Shown: positions 32,572-43,082 of the stretch, in pieces
How the letters are laid out: each line of letters opens with the position of its first letter
Position numbering within the stretch: position 1 is the stretch's first letter
Assembly (NCBI GenBank): GCA_963790825.1
Contig: CAWBPM010000004.1
Span: forward strand, 30,987 to 94,986
Direction of reading: 5' to 3'
DNA: 64,000 nt
Source of the DNA: Candidatus Levyibacteriota bacterium
Lineage (GTDB): Bacteria; Patescibacteriota; Microgenomatia; Levybacterales; UBA12049
Translations under genes and position numbers: made by a program
The notes under the pieces: model-generated
Databases searched by the model: none
Told to the model about the DNA's origin: nothing
What the model saw: the letters and a program-made list of their open reading frames with translations, nothing else

Positions 32572-32607
32572 GTATACTATTATACTAGTATACTGATGCG
32601 TTGTCAA
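32572..32607 (-). promoter_or_regulatory. Consensus promoter with overlapping TrpR-type operator
   Basis: TTGACA-N17-TATAAT-7nt-ATG. The palindrome GTATACTA-N6-TAGTATAC (32572-32593) has the same geometry as E. coli GTACTA-N6-TAGTAC. Confidence 0.85.
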
Positions 32608-32613
32608 GAGGGT

Positions 32614-33948
<1,335 letters not shown>

Positions 33949-34052
33949 TCATAAGCACCAAATTCTAAATAAATCACAATTTCCGAAATATGAAATCCAA
34001 AACATTTAGAATTTCGGTCATTTGAATTTTGATATTGCCTAGAATTTAGATA

Positions 34053-35507
34053 TTAGGATTTAGAAATTAATTTATTTACTTCCGCTTTAAATTGTTCTCC
34101 CCGCTCTTTGTAATTTGTAAACATATCGAAACTGGCACACGCCGGAGAAAGTAAAACTACGTCTCCTGGCTCTGTAATCTTATTTGCAGCTTGTACAATA
34201 GTTTTCATATCTTTCGCTCCTTCAATAATTGAAAATTGAGAACCTTGTCCTGAGCTCTTCGAGTCTGAGCCTGAGGGCTCGTCCCTCAGAGTCGAATGAC
34301 TTGTCGAAGGATTGGGAGTTGAAAATTGTTCTTTTATTCTTTCCCATTCTTCTCCAATGCCAATAATTGCTTTAATATTTTTTGCCAGGCGGATGGTTTT
34401 GCCAAGTTCCGAAAAATCGCTATTTTTACTTGATCCGCCCAGAACAAGAATTTCAGGATTAGTAAATGCTTCGATCGCAGCAATTGCGGTTTCAGGAGTG
34501 GTTGAAAACGAATCGTCATAGTACAAAACGCCATCCATCTCTTTTACGAGTTCCAATCGATGCGCAAGCCCTTTAAACGTCTTCAAAACGGTAATAATGT
34601 GCTCTTTCGAAATTCCTGCCAATGTCGCTGCCATAACTGCAGCACAAATATTTTCCAGATTGTGCTTTCCCGGCAGTAGTACCTCACTAATTGGTAAAAT
34701 TTCCTGCTTGGAATTATTATTCCGAAGCCAAATCTTTCCGTCTTGAACAAAACACCCTTGCTCTGTCTCCCCCTCTCTGCTTACCCAATACAAATGTCCG
34801 TCCGTGTAAATATCCGATTCTAGCGTCGGCAAGTAGTCCCGATTTAAAATAGCAAAATCCGAAGACCGTTGGAAACGGAGTATATTTCGTTTTGCCTCAA
34901 TGTATTCTGTCATATCTAAATGGTAATTTAGGTGTTCAGGTACGATCATAAGTATAACTGCAATATGAGGACTTCGTGCTAGGTCTTGGAGCTGAAAACT
35001 GGAGAGTTCCAAAACAACCAGAGACTGAACAGTAAGTTTGTCCAAAAAAGTCAACGGGGGAAGCCCTATATTTCCTCCCAGATACGCATCTTTACCTGCA
35101 ACTTTTAGCATTTCATAGATGAGACTGGACGTCGTTCCTTTACCCTTCGTTCCGGTAACAGCGATAATAGTGCTTGGGCAGAAATCAAAAAATAGTTTTG
35201 TTTGAGACGTAATCGTAATACCGTTTTTACTTGCCTCCTGAAGCTTGTTCTCCAGCCTACTGATACCGGGACTCCTGACCAGAAGCGAGAACTGGTCCAG
35301 ATGATCGAGATACTCTTCTCCTGTTATAAACTTTGCCCCCAGAGCTTTGATTCTATTGACAAATTCCAAACTTAATTCCGACTCTGCCCGCTTATCAAGA
35401 ATCGTAACAACTGCTCCTCTATCAATGAGGAATTTCGCGCTCGACAAACCTTCCACGCCGAGTCCGATAATGCCGACTTTTTTACCTGTGTATTGTCCTT
35501 TTTCCAT
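34053..35507 (-). CDS. murD: UDP-N-acetylmuramoyl-L-alanine:D-glutamate ligase
   Basis: VRSPG, TGTKGKGTT, ELSSFQL, HRLE, LLSPACASFD. Confidence 0.96.
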   Translation of the reverse strand: MEKGQYTGKKVGIIGLGVEGLSSAKFLIDRGAVVTILDKRAESELSLEFVNRIKALGAKFITGEEYLDHLDQFSLLVRSPGISRLENKLQEASKNGITITSQTKLFFDFCPSTIIAVTGTKGKGTTSSLIYEMLKVAGKDAYLGGNIGLPPLTFLDKLTVQSLVVLELSSFQLQDLARSPHIAVILMIVPEHLNYHLDMTEYIEAKRNILRFQRSSDFAILNRDYLPTLESDIYTDGHLYWVSREGETEQGCFVQDGKIWLRNNNSKQEILPISEVLLPGKHNLENICAAVMAATLAGISKEHIITVLKTFKGLAHRLELVKEMDGVLYYDDSFSTTPETAIAAIEAFTNPEILVLGGSSKNSDFSELGKTIRLAKNIKAIIGIGEEWERIKEQFSTPNPSTSHSTLRDEPSGSDSKSSGQGSQFSIIEGAKDMKTIVQAANKITEPGDVVLLSPACASFDMFTNYKERGEQFKAEVNKLISKS

Positions 35508-35515
35508 TGTTGTCC

Positions 35516-36298
35516 TTATAAATCTACCTTCTCTACGTGCATTTTTTTAAACCCTACCAGTTCTCCGGCTACCTTTTGAAACTCAATTGGGTTTTTACTC
35601 GTATAATAGTAATCTACACTCTTTCCTGTGTCCAGTAAATGCTCCCCGAGCAAAACTTCTTGTACACGCCTAGCAATTGCTGCTCCCGAGTCAAGAACCG
35701 TAACCCCTTCTCCCATTATTTCCTTAACTAATGGTCTGAGAAATGCATAGTGAGTGGAGCCAAGTCCAATCGCATCAATTTTATCATAGCGCAGTTTATT
35801 AAGAACTTGTCGCAACTTTTCTTTTGTCTCCTCTCTGTGGAGTTTCCCAGCTTCTATAAGCTCGACTAAGCCCTCACCAGGCAATATTTCTACATGCGTA
35901 CCTTGCGCGTACTTAGCAATTAAATCTGTAAGATACTTACTTTTTGCAGTCGCCGGTGTCACCAAAACCGCAATATGTTTGGTTTTACTCATGTCTGCAA
36001 GCGGTTTAATGACCGGAACAGTACCCACAACCGGAACATTGGCAATTTTGCGCATATGTGAAAGCACATACACCGTAGCAGTATTACATGCAGAAACAAT
36101 AAGCTTTACCTGCTTTTGTTTAAGAAACGCAATAATACGTCCGGTAAAGTCGTGAAGTTCTGCTTCTGACTTTTCTCCATAGGGAAGGTTTGCTTGATCT
36201 GCAACGTAAATAAATGATTCAAGAGGTAAAAGCTGTTTTATCTCAGACAAGACGCTCAAACCACCCACTCCTGAGTCAAAAATTCCTATTGGCTGCAT
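35516..36298 (-). CDS. murI: Glutamate racemase (second catalytic Cys replaced by Ser)
   Basis: FDSGVGGLS, PYGEKS, ACNTA, GSTHY. Adjacent to murD. Confidence 0.92.
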   Translation of the reverse strand: MQPIGIFDSGVGGLSVLSEIKQLLPLESFIYVADQANLPYGEKSEAELHDFTGRIIAFLKQKQVKLIVSACNTATVYVLSHMRKIANVPVVGTVPVIKPLADMSKTKHIAVLVTPATAKSKYLTDLIAKYAQGTHVEILPGEGLVELIEAGKLHREETKEKLRQVLNKLRYDKIDAIGLGSTHYAFLRPLVKEIMGEGVTVLDSGAAIARRVQEVLLGEHLLDTGKSVDYYYTSKNPIEFQKVAGELVGFKKMHVEKVDL

Positions 36299-36375
36299 AA
36301 TATTAAATAAATGAGGCTCGTTTCAAATAATTTCTTAACTTTGAATTCTAAATTTTAAATTTTTAATTAATTTCG

Positions 36376-36447
36376 TACCAGGGATGGGGATCGAACCCAT
36401 AACCGCAGCGTTATGAATGCTGTGCTCCACCATTGAGCTACCCTGGC
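36376..36447 (-). tRNA. tRNA-Met(CAT), elongator type
   Basis: GCCAGGG/CCCTGGT acceptor stem, TT-CAT-AA loop, GGTTCGATCC T arm and an A31:C39 mismatch. Confidence 0.92.
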
Positions 36448-36550
36448 TTATTCTTGTATTAAGTATAAAGTATTATGTAATAAGTATAAATAACCACCTT
36501 ACTTTTAACTTTTAAACTTTACCTTTTTACTTGCGTCAAAGTATATCAGG

Positions 36551-36579
36551 TTGACCATGTTGAAATCAATTGCTATACT
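36551..36579 (+). promoter_or_regulatory. Promoter for the initiator tRNA
   Basis: TTGACC-N17-TATACT. Confidence 0.7.
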
Positions 36580-36714
36580 ATGGTGTCTGGTGTCTCTAAA
36601 AGACAGGTTTTTAATAAATTGATCGTAAAAATGCAAAATCGTTGCCCGAAAGTGTCGATTTTGCAAGCCTTAAAGGGAAATCGTTGGGAAAAACCGTGAG
36701 GTTTGTTCCATATA

Positions 36715-36782
36715 CGCGGGGTAGTGTAAGGTGCACGTGAGGCTCATAATCTCACAGTCTGGTTTCGATACCAGCCCCGCAA
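36715..36782 (+). tRNA. Initiator tRNA-fMet(CAT), unusually short
   Basis: CGCGGGG/CCCCGCA with a C1:A72 mismatch and CT-CAT-AA loop; 68 nt. Confidence 0.85.
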
Positions 36783-36981
36783 CAAGGGTACGTAGTATAA
36801 ACAGAGTAGCTAATTTTATATCCCAGACGATTTTCTACAGGCTTATAGCCAACTTCAAGCATCTCCTCAACAACTACCTTCTCTGAAAGTAATTGTACCT
36901 TAATTCTCTTTACCAAACGCTAATATCTTATAGTAGATAGAAGTTGATAAAAGGATTGTGAGCTTGTCTCTTGAAAAATTG

Positions 36982-37323
36982 TTAAAAAAATAAGTCGTAC
37001 CATTTTTGCCAATTTGGTTTCTGTTGAGTCTTTTTCTGCGGAGACGGTGTCGGCTCAAAGCTTATCTGCGGCAACACCACAAGTTGCTCCCCAGGCTTTA
37101 CCATAAGAAGTCTATCTCGTGCCTGCTCTTCAAGAAAATGTGGACTTTGAACCTTTACCAATTGTTTTTTTAAAGTTTGATTAGTCTTTTTCTCGCTCTT
37201 CAGCTGTTTTTGGGCGGTAATAAGGAGATCCTGCTTTTGCCAGAGACTGTAAATTGATAAAGCTAAATTATTGATAATGATGAGCGAAGCTAATATAATG
37301 CAGAAGAATATGAGTTTTCTCAT
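36982..37323 (-). CDS. Septum formation initiator (FtsB/DivIC family)
   Basis: TM plus coiled coil, with LEEQARDRLLMVKPGE. Confidence 0.85.
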   Translation of the reverse strand: MRKLIFFCIILASLIIINNLALSIYSLWQKQDLLITAQKQLKSEKKTNQTLKKQLVKVQSPHFLEEQARDRLLMVKPGEQLVVLPQISFEPTPSPQKKTQQKPNWQKWYDLFF

Positions 37324-37429
37324 AGTTTTAGTATTTTCTCCCTGTTCTCGCTTTTCCCTTCTTTCACCCAAAATCATTTTTATGCTTGACGAATAGCAAA
37401 AATACTGATATTATGGGATCTATACTATT

Positions 37430-38290
37430 ATGAAACCAGTTAAAATTTGGGATGCTCATAAGGAATTTACCGATTTCCTGCGTAGCAAGAACCATTCCAG
37501 TGCTACTATTCTAGCATATGGCAAAGATATCGATCAGCTTTCCACTTTCTTAGAAGAACTTGATAAACATCATGTACACGAGGTTACTCACGAAGATTTA
37601 CAGGCATTTCTGGCAAGTATGTCAAAAAAGGGCTATACGCCAAAATCAGTGTCTCGTAAGTTGAATTCAACCCGAACTTTTTATCGCTTTCTTAAAGTAA
37701 ACGAGTACGTGACTGACGATCCTTCGCTTCTCGTCTCTCATCCGCGTTACGAACTGGCACCGCCTCGTATTTTAAAACCGACTGAATACCGCGCGCTTCG
37801 CGATGCAGCCCGCAATGATCCAAGAATGTATGCAATTATTGAACTGTTACTTCAGACCGGTATTAGAATCGGCGAGCTTGCCGGACTCCGGCTGAGTGAT
37901 ATTGAAGAGGACTATCTAAAAATCAGACCATTTGAGAAACACGCAGAGCGCCTGGTCCCTCTTAATCGATCAGTAAAAGAGGCAATAGGTAAGTATTTAG
38001 CGGTTCGCCCAAAAGTAGCGAGTGATTATATTTTTGTTACCAAATCGGGCAAGCCTTTTCTGGTCCGGAATATCAGAACGGCAATTGAGCGCTATTTCCG
38101 CCTTGCCGGGATTGAAGATGCTAAGGTAAATGATTTGCGTCATACCTTTGTCGTCCATCATCTGAAGCATGGTGTTTCGCTCGTTCTTCTTTCAAAAATT
38201 CTCGGACATAAACGTATTTCCACTACCGAACGCTACCTGGAATTCGTCAACGACCGCGGAAAAGACACCACCAACCTAACCGAGCTGTAG
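37430..38290 (+). CDS. XerC/D-like tyrosine recombinase
   Basis: N-terminal SAM-like domain, TGIRIGE, NDLRHTF, LGH...TTERY. Confidence 0.93.
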   Translation: MKPVKIWDAHKEFTDFLRSKNHSSATILAYGKDIDQLSTFLEELDKHHVHEVTHEDLQAFLASMSKKGYTPKSVSRKLNSTRTFYRFLKVNEYVTDDPSLLVSHPRYELAPPRILKPTEYRALRDAARNDPRMYAIIELLLQTGIRIGELAGLRLSDIEEDYLKIRPFEKHAERLVPLNRSVKEAIGKYLAVRPKVASDYIFVTKSGKPFLVRNIRTAIERYFRLAGIEDAKVNDLRHTFVVHHLKHGVSLVLLSKILGHKRISTTERYLEFVNDRGKDTTNLTEL

Positions 38291-38355
38291 AAACCGCCAC
38301 ATTCTTCTCTTTTTGCCAATTCTCAATAAAAACAGTTTTTTAATAAATAAAAATG

Positions 38356-38428
38356 TGCGCCTGCTTGGAGTTGAACCAAACACCTGTTGTTTATAAGACA
38401 ACCGCTCTAACCGCTGAGCTACAGGCGC
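38356..38428 (-). tRNA. tRNA-Ile(TAT)
   Basis: GCGCCTG/CAGGCGC-A with anticodon arm GTTGT-CT-TAT-AA-ACAAC. Confidence 0.92.
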
Positions 38429-38492
38429 ATATCTATCTATACCTAGCGATTGTAGCAAAAAACTGAAGAAAGTGGAAATAGGAAGAGCAGCA

Positions 38493-40878
38493 TTATAATC
38501 TTGCGCGCTGTGAAACTTCGGCTTCAATCATGTGTACATCCCGGCCGTATTTCAGACGCGACAGTTCTTTTACTAGTTGTGATACGCGGGGATTTTTCAG
38601 TTTCGCTTGTTCTGTAAAATTTGGTACCGTATCCAAAGAGAACGGCGTCACGGGTTCTCCACCTCCTACTGTCGTCTTCATATACGCATTAAAGCGGTCG
38701 ACATTAATGAGGTCCGCCTCATTAAATACCGGCTGGAATTCGTGTTGAATATAGTTGGCATCAGTGACGCCTATTCGGAAAGAAACGATCGTACCGACAT
38801 TTCCGAAAATTGCATTTTTCACTTCTTCTTCCATCTGACCGATAAACTGGTTTGCAACGATCAAATTCAAGCGGTATTTTCTCGCCTCCGAAAGAATTTG
38901 CGCGAAATCAGGAGTGGCGAAGTTTTGAAACTCGTCGACATAGAGAAAGAAATCTTTTCGCAGGTCCATCGGCATATCCTGCCTCGACATTGCGGCAATT
39001 AAAATTCTCGGCACCAGAACTAAGCCTAAAAATTGTGAATTCTCCTCACCGATGAGACCTTTCGACAAATTGATAAGAATAATCTTCCTCTCGTCCATTG
39101 CTTGGCGGAAATTAAACGCGCTATACGACTGACCGATAATATTTCTGATCATCTTATTCGTCACGAATCTGCCGAATTTAGACACGATATAATCTAAAAC
39201 TTCTGATTTATGGAAATCTGATGTTTGGGCAATTTGATCGGTCCAATACCGTCTAATAATCGGGTCCTGGACTTTTGGCAAAAGTTCCTGGACAAATGCT
39301 TGATCTGTCAAGGCGCGAACCAGCTCAATAAGCGTACTTCCCGGCTCATACATAACCGTTAACATGGCGTTTCTGATCGCATGCTCAAACCGGGGTCCGA
39401 TGATACCGGTTTTATTCGGATCAAACAGCTTATACATCAGCCCGATAATACTTGAGACGACATAATGCTTCTGCTCTTCTGTTTGAGCTTCGAGCATGTT
39501 TATTCCGACCGGTCGCGCCGTATCTGACGGGTCAAAGAGAATGACATCTTCTGCCCGGTTCGGCGGCATCATACTTAAGATATCTTCAATTAAATCTCCA
39601 TGCGGATCAATGACCGCTATGCCTTCACCGTTTTTAATATCCTGCATAGCCATTTTCTTTAAGAATTCTGTTTTACCGGTACCGGTTTTTCCGACGATAT
39701 ACATGTGTCGTCTTCTGTCATCAAGTTCAATATAAACCGGCTTTGAGAGTCCTCTGAAAGTACTTTGCCCCAGATAGAGACCGCTAGTTGGCAAACTTGA
39801 TGGAGCCGGCGCACGCTTTGAGGCTACCCAATAAATTCCCGGTGTAGCAATAGCTTTATTCGGGAAATGGAAAATAGTCGCCAGCTCTTCGCTGGTCAGG
39901 ACTGAGGTTTGTCCCCACATGGGAAAATAGCGGTAGATAAAATCAGTAATAAAAAGTGATTTAAACCAATGTTTATTTTTGCTAAACGAATTAGCGCCGT
40001 TATACTGACTATACGCACTTGTGATGTTTGATAAATGAAGATCTGCAGTTTCTTTCGTGCTGCTCGAGACTACAATTCGTACTACCGCGTCAAAACCGGG
40101 CTTGCCCAGCTTATTCTCAATCGCCTCAATTTCTTTGGCATCAGAGGAATACTTGGCTGTTTCAGGATTTGACTCGGCTTTTTTCGTTTTAGACAGATAG
40201 CTTCTACCGATTTTTCGCCATTTGCTGTCAGCAGGGCTGACCAGGATTTGAATAGCCGCACCTTCTCCGTCACGCATCTTAGCTAAAATCGAAGTTAGGG
40301 ACGATATCGGATCGACAGGCAATTCTTTATAGACTTTTATCGGCATGTAATTACTGCTTTTGAGCCTGAGAGATGCAAATGCCACTTTTCCGCTCTCTGA
40401 AAAAATATTGTATTCTCCGCCGACTACGCCTACTGCTTTCGCTTTCGCGCCTGGATCTGTAACCGGAGCAATCTCAGCATCAGGATATGCGCCGTTAATT
40501 TGCTTTTCGATAAAATCGCGATACTTGTTTGGCGTATTGACATAAAAACGAATATCGCCGGGCATTCCGACTATTTCAAACGAGAGATGCGGTTGCTGTT
40601 TAAGAAATGCGAATCGTCCGCCTTTCCGAATCGAAGTCAAACTAGCAAAAAGCTGGTCTGCTGCATCTATTTTAATTTCATTATCTCGTGGCATTGATAC
40701 CTGAAGAAGCGTCGAGTTTAACGATTCGTACTCCCTATCTCTATTTCGATACCATAAGAGAAGCGCTTGAAACAGAGCAACCAGTCCGATAACTGAGGAT
40801 GCCGAGCCCAACTATTCCTAATCCTAGTACAATAAGGAGAAAAGTAATATTATTTGTTGAGAAAAACTGTGCTTCCAT
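38493..40878 (-). CDS. CPR VirD4/TraD/HerA-like ATPase with N-terminal TM (apparent frameshift near 40795)
   Basis: RRRHMYIVGKTGTGKT, VIDPHGD, YVDEFQNF, SEARKY. The main ORF is 38493..40811 and the ATG at 40878 is out of frame by one base. Confidence 0.88.
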
Positions 40879-40890
40879 ATGCTTCTTTCT

Positions 40891-41379
40891 TTAACCGCTC
40901 ATGATCTGCTGGTGTGCTTTCTTTACTTGCTCAATTACCAACTCTGCTAACCAACGAACTGCTTCGGTGATAGGAAGTTTACTCTTTTTAATTTCTTCCG
41001 CTTTCGCCTCAGTCATTGGTAAAACAAGATTTCCTGACAACTGGGTCGGCGCAGGTGTTGCAGAAGCCGCGGGTGTTATTCCTACTGCGACTTGCGCAGG
41101 AGTTAATTGCACCTGCTGTGTATGATTTGGAGTTTGCTCTACGCCGATGGCCTTCACTTCGGGATGAAGTATCGGCGGCACCTCCGTTGGTTTTAGAACA
41201 ACATCTACTCCGTCGGTGCTTACCGGCGCGTGTTCCTTATTCCCGCTACTTACTGCATCTATTGGCGCATTTGCAACATCTGCTTGTTGTAAAGTACTAG
41301 CCGCCGGAGAACTAGGTTCTACAATGGTACCAACAGGTATTCCTTGCTGGGATACTGGTTTTGAGGTTTGGTTGTCCAT
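40891..41379 (-). CDS. Low-complexity Pro/Ala/Thr-rich CPR protein
   Basis: 162-aa ORF ending in the LPMT...RWLA...KKAH motif. Confidence 0.7.
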   Translation of the reverse strand: MDNQTSKPVSQQGIPVGTIVEPSSPAASTLQQADVANAPIDAVSSGNKEHAPVSTDGVDVVLKPTEVPPILHPEVKAIGVEQTPNHTQQVQLTPAQVAVGITPAASATPAPTQLSGNLVLPMTEAKAEEIKKSKLPITEAVRWLAELVIEQVKKAHQQIMSG

Positions 41380-41466
41380 ATAGGTCTATCTTAGCACGCG
41401 GAAGCTTTTTAGACAATTAAATTAAGCTGACAAAATGTTTACACTTTCTTGTAGTAAGTAAGAGCT

Positions 41467-42879
41467 TTACTCGCATATCTGTTTCCCCGAAGTTTTAGCA
41501 TACTCCTCTTTGGTTAATCCACATCCTGGACACGCATCGCCAACCGGTCCACTCGCTTGATATTGACACTGAGGACAAGTAAACCACTCTGCTGATTTTC
41601 CACCTATCCCCCCACTTCTACCGGCACTAATAAGACTGTTACTTTCCTGCTCCCCGGTACTACCGCAACTTCCCGGTGCTACTGGTGGCCTAAACCCGTA
41701 CTCTGCAACGAAATTCTTAAATCGAGTTTGTGGCATTTCTTGAGTGGGATAAGGTAATGGTTCTCGCGTGTAAATCGCTGTCTTGTCTTGTTTCTCAAGT
41801 AGTTCTGATAACGGTTTATCTTTAAGTTTTAATGCATAATTCTCGAGTGCATAGAAAGTCTTTTTTTTCTCCTCGTTGCTTCCTATTCGCATAACCCGAA
41901 TAAACTCGGAGAAAAGACCGTCTTGTTCTATTTTTTGAATAATTGCTCTATTTTTATGCTCTCCCTCGCTATCAGTAGTAAAAGAAAAATTCTTTCGCAG
42001 AATATCAGTAATTTTCTCCTCTTCAACTGAGCCCCTAACAAACTTTGGAGTCTTGAGAAAATCTGTCGCATGTGAATGGATAATCTGCTCACTCGTCAGG
42101 GCAGAAAACGCAGCATTATATTTCTCGATAACCTCTTCGCGAGATATTCCTGCATGCTCGACACGAAACGCACTCATTGCAAACAAACGCTCACCATTTC
42201 CAAGATCTGTAATCTTACCCCTAAAAACAAATCCATATTCTCCATAACCCTCCACCTGGAGTCCAGGAGGAGTTAGCCAAAAAGCAGTGTCTCCATCTTC
42301 TGCCGTAGGTGCTTGCGAATCAAGCTCACCTAAACCCGCCTCTTCTGCTTCTTCCCGATCGGTAGATTTACCTTTTATCTTTCGCTCTTCGATTACTCTC
42401 TTCGCCTTTATTTTCATCGGCTCTCCCCGCTTCTCGTCTCGAATAGTCATCTCACCTTCTCCATTTTGATCACACCCATAAATAAGAACATAATCATGTC
42501 GTTGCGCCTTCAAACGGTATTCCTTCAAATAAGAAATAACATCTGCGCGTATTTCCTCATCTTTAGGCGGGGCATCGTAATTTAAATTAAAAGCTTCGGA
42601 CCCTACCACCTCCCTATTTTTTTTCCTAAGATACGATCTTTCTTCTCCAATTCTTTTTGGATTTTGCAAAATGTTATGTTCTCCATTTGGTTGAACATGC
42701 ATTTTTTCCCTGACAATGCTTAGCGCTAACAGTTCTTCAGAGGTAAATGGGTGCGCCTGCGCAGTCGGCTGAAGAAGAGTATCGTAGGGACGAGGCTCTC
42801 TCCAATTCCTTTCCTGACTTGCTATCTGAGGCCTATCTAAAACACTGGATCCTCTTTCTTTTTCGTACAGATTGCCCAT
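41467..42879 (-). CDS. Uncharacterised protein with C-terminal zinc ribbon
   Basis: Start MGNLY follows an AGGAG SD. Contains WLTPPG..EGYGEYGF, GSCG and CPQC..CPGC. Confidence 0.8.
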   Translation of the reverse strand: MGNLYEKERGSSVLDRPQIASQERNWREPRPYDTLLQPTAQAHPFTSEELLALSIVREKMHVQPNGEHNILQNPKRIGEERSYLRKKNREVVGSEAFNLNYDAPPKDEEIRADVISYLKEYRLKAQRHDYVLIYGCDQNGEGEMTIRDEKRGEPMKIKAKRVIEERKIKGKSTDREEAEEAGLGELDSQAPTAEDGDTAFWLTPPGLQVEGYGEYGFVFRGKITDLGNGERLFAMSAFRVEHAGISREEVIEKYNAAFSALTSEQIIHSHATDFLKTPKFVRGSVEEEKITDILRKNFSFTTDSEGEHKNRAIIQKIEQDGLFSEFIRVMRIGSNEEKKKTFYALENYALKLKDKPLSELLEKQDKTAIYTREPLPYPTQEMPQTRFKNFVAEYGFRPPVAPGSCGSTGEQESNSLISAGRSGGIGGKSAEWFTCPQCQYQASGPVGDACPGCGLTKEEYAKTSGKQICE

Positions 42880-43060
42880 AAAAAAACTCCTTCTCCGCCC
42901 CAGGCTCTGTCCAAGGCTTCCGAGGAGTTTGTGCAAAAAAATTACTTCTGTCTCGGAAGGTTTTAGGATCTGACTTTGTCCAGCGTAGCTGGACTTCACA
43001 GTTGCGGCACAGTTTCGGATTTACACCGAATTCACCTTTTTATATTTTGACTAAACGAAA
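42880..43060 (-). ncRNA. Cobalamin riboswitch plus expression platform
   Basis: The minus strand reads AAGGTGAATTCGGTGTAAATCCGAAACTGTGCCGCAACTGTGA...AAGTCAGATCCT, followed by competing hairpins CTTCCGAG/CTCGGAAG and AAACTCCT/AGGAGTTT. Confidence 0.88.
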
Positions 43061-43082
43061 TCTATACGGAACATAGTCCATA

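Noticed and set aside
36753-36917. ~55-codon minus-strand frame reading into tRNA-fMet (possible integrase remnant)
   Set aside because: Too short and motif-free to support.
36376-38428. Integrative element defined by a tyrosine recombinase next to tRNAs
   Set aside because: No att duplication or cargo is seen. The neighbours are housekeeping genes and the enzyme looks like a chromosomal Xer-type.
38276-38527. 83-aa ORF
   Set aside because: It spans tRNA-Ile and is spurious.
38493-40811. Conjugative element suggested by the VirD4/TraD-like ATPase
   Set aside because: No relaxase, VirB4 or oriT nearby. This family is a common chromosomal gene in CPR.
42880-42999. N-terminal 40 aa of the 510-aa ORF
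   Set aside because: It is riboswitch sequence. The SD-preceded ATG at 42879 is the better start.
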